Positions 61,301 to 64,000 of a stretch of DNA of 64,000 bases are shown piece by piece. Under the pieces are notes generated by a model. It was given only the letters and a program-made list of their open reading frames with translations. It was not told the origin of the DNA and did no database searches. Every line of letters starts with the position of its first letter. Position 1 is the first letter of the stretch. The stretch comes from Ramazzottius varieornatus (lineage: Eukaryota > Animalia > Tardigrada): assembly GCA_001949185.1 (NCBI GenBank), contig BDGG01000007.1, positions 1,632,730-1,696,729 on the forward strand. The letters run 5' to 3'. A program made the position numbers and the translations under genes.

Positions 61301-63733
61301 GCTGGACAAGATGAGAGGCTTTCTGGACGAGCACGCTAATATCGAGAACCAGAGGCGTTCCATCAAGAGGTGGATCAGTTCTATCCTCAAAATGATCGAG
61401 AGAAAGGTCAGCAAGTCATGCTATCGAAGCAGGGTTTATTTCCAACTTACCCTCAAGGGCTGAATCAGCCATGTTCTTCCTTGCAGCAACGACACAGTGA
61501 TCGAACGCGAGAAACAACCTTCGCCACTCCCTTTCCCGACACCGAGTGGCATTTGTGGACCAACACTCACTTCACCTTTGATCTTGAACTGATGACTGTA
61601 AGACAACTATTATCTTTCCTCATGCTCTTGCGTATTTCCGTGGTGAAAGATTGGTGCTGTTGTTAATTTTGTTAGTTACACCCACGCGAAGTGGCGCGTC
61701 AGCTGACCTTGATTGAGTTTGAGCTGTATCGTGCCATCAAGCCCTCAGAGTTGGTCCAGTGGAACTCCAAAGATCAGCCTGACGAACGGCAGCTGCTGGC
61801 GCCCAATCTCCTCAGAAATATCCAGTTCACCAATAAGGTAGGCCAGCTCTGCTTTATTTTTCACCGGCGGTTGTTCTGAAAGCGTGAGTCAACGGCGCGT
61901 GTGTTTTCGCTAGATTACTGATTTCTTTGTCAAGTCCATGGTGACAACGGAGAATATCGATGAGCGAGTAGCGGTCATGAGCCGTCTAATCGATATCATG
62001 CGTGAACTGGAGAAGCTGAATAATTTCAGTGGTGTTATGGAAGTGGAAGCCGCCTTCCACAGCGCCTCCGTCCATCGACTGGAGAAGAGCAAGGTAAGTG
62101 CCGAGGGACGATATGTCGCTATAGCCAAGGCTGTTGAGATGTCATGTCTATTCAACAGGAGCTGTTGGAGACCAAGTATGCTAACAATGCCAGGTTTCTG
62201 GAAGAGATGAAAGAGACGTGCGCGGGCAACGAGCACGGTAGTCGCTACTTGGCCAAGCTACGGCGGGCTAATCCACCTTGTGTCCCCTACGTTGGTCTGT
62301 ACCTGACACACCTGTACTTTAACGAGAAGGGCAACAAGGAGTACCTCAACGAGAACCAACTGCCGCTCGTGGTGGAGCAGCGCCTCATCAACTTTGCTCA
62401 ACGGCGGCGCATCGCGGAAATTGTCAAAGAGATTCAGCAGTATCAGAATCAGCCCTACTGCCTCAAGGCCGAACCACAAATCCAGGTAGTTTCCTGCTGC
62501 ATTTTATACGAGGCAGGTTAAAGTTTATGCGGTTTCCTTTTTATTGCAGGATTATTTCCGGAATTTGGATCCATATGATGGAATGGACAAGAAATCGTTT
62601 GAAGACTTTCTTTGGAACGAATCGCAGAAGATTGAGCCGAAAGGCTGTACCGTCGCTCCACACTTTGTAAGTCCTACTTTCAAAGCCTTGGCTGCTCTTT
62701 TCCATCGGGCTTTGGCATTGATAACTTGTATGCCTTTTCCAGGAGAAGAAGTACAAATATTCATTAAAGTCGCCGTTGAACCGTCCACCGCACTTGATGG
62801 CCAAGAGCGCACTGGGTGCTGCCACCTCCATGAGCAGCATCAACTCCTTCCTGACGTCGCCAGGCATTCTTCGGCGCCTCAGCCACGACAACGGCCTCCA
62901 CTCTCCCACCGGCTCGGGGGGCTCGACGCCCATTTCGCCCATCGCCGAGTCCCTCAGTCCCTCCGACTCGGCGTCTCCGCGTTCGGCCCTACCCTACACC
63001 AAAGATAGCCCCCTCTTGCCACCTCACTCTCCTTCCGGTTCGTAATGCCTTCTTCCCCCTATCCTTCGCCGTAAACTTTTCCCGGTGTGCTTTCAAGCAG
63101 ATCGGCACAGTCAACTACGTAGCTCGCTTCACATCGCGAGGGCAGTTTGCCGGTGGTCGATGGAAAATGGTTGACAGGGCCGTGCAGGGCACGAACCTGT
63201 TCGGGGCTGTCGTCAAAATATCGTAGAGAAGGGCCCGAAGGTGGAAGAGCTAAATCAGCGTTGCGACTCTGGTTTTCAAGCCTTGATTTGTATACATTTC
63301 AGGCTCGACACTGAAGTCCTCGCACAGCTCGGCAACCTTGACTTCCTTACTGCCCAACCCGAACACGCCCGAGGAGAGTGCTCCACCACTTCCGCCTCGC
63401 GCCCCCAAGCTGTACGTCGAGGATGCTTCTTCTCCGCTAGGTGTCTCCACCAACTGGGCCAAGCCACGGAGCGCCAGTTCTTACAGCAGTGACGGACAAC
63501 CTTCCAGCTTTCCCTTTGACGACCTCCCTCCTCCGGCGCTTCCTCCCAAGCTGCGTCACAGCAACTCAGGTACGAGTAGTACTACGCTCAGTGTCAAGAG
63601 CCTCAGTTTCAGTGTGGAGCCCGAGCCGTCGAGTAACGGTGGGACCGTCAATGGAGGTTACATCGACGAGCCGCAATCTCTCTTCTCACTACCTCCGCCG
63701 CTTCCGCCCAGAAAAAATCGGCCGGCTTCTTGA
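58328..63733 (+). CDS. SOS: Son of sevenless Ras/Rac GEF (histone fold, DH, PH, REM, CDC25, proline-rich tail)
   Basis: YLCAVLECIANDILK, EEKAFLRDL, ERHVFLFD, IKGATIIKLVERLT, FLITFRSF, NNFSG, PPCVPY, LINFAQRR, PPLPPR repeats. Confidence 0.95.
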
Positions 63734-64000
63734 TTAACATTTTAGCAGAATGTGTATTGGTGATGGTGCAATGCAAAAGTGACCTGCTTTGAAGATTTTA
63801 CTTTTAGACTCTTTTTTAATTCTTTTGCTTCTTTGATAACGACTGAGCGGTGCACATTGGGCTAGTTTCAAGTTTTGTCGTGTCTTTTCGAGATCTCAAA
63901 ATTGGAGAATTAAGCTGGTCAAAAATGTCAGATATTTCCATTTGGTAATTACCTTTAGCAAAAAATGTTTTGACTTTTGAGTTTTATTCATAACACGTAA

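Noticed and set aside
60636-61334. 232-aa minus-strand ORF
   Set aside because: Antisense shadow of SOS exons
1-64000. Tardigrade-specific protectants (CAHS, SAHS, MAHS, Dsup) and tRNA/rRNA/snRNA genes
   Set aside because: No diagnostic motifs seen by eye; tRNAscan-SE, Infernal and HMM searches are needed to exclude them

Overview
Eukaryotic, gene-dense animal DNA with many short (about 55-90 nt) GT-AG introns and roughly balanced GC. Compactness and gene content suggest a tardigrade such as Ramazzottius (inference, not confirmed). Hand-spliced models give about 18 protein genes: a GPI-type Gly/Tyr-rich surface protein with PrP/Shadoo-like layout, two tandem cytochrome-b5-fused Delta5-type desaturases with fungal/protist-type His boxes, a three-finger protein, importin-7, a P-element-HTH/homeodomain chimera, an unknown TM/coiled-coil protein, an eight-repeat annexin, DPH1, a tail-anchored RING E3, importin-alpha, an ataxin-2-like gene, a crustin-like WAP protein, USP2-like, CYSTM, a chitin-binding protein, a phospholipid phosphatase, cystathionine gamma-lyase and SOS. 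Mobile DNA: a full-length 3.5-kb hAT element with 8-bp TSD, two TIR elements with 8-bp TSDs and a palindromic MITE. No rRNA, tRNA or CRISPR array was recognised. Best novelty candidates are the transposase-homeodomain fusion, the PrP/Shadoo-like protein, the octad annexin lacking Ca2+ motifs, and the likely horizontally acquired desaturase pair with a gene-conversion tract and discordant introns. Family calls rest on motifs recognised by eye; no database searches were run.
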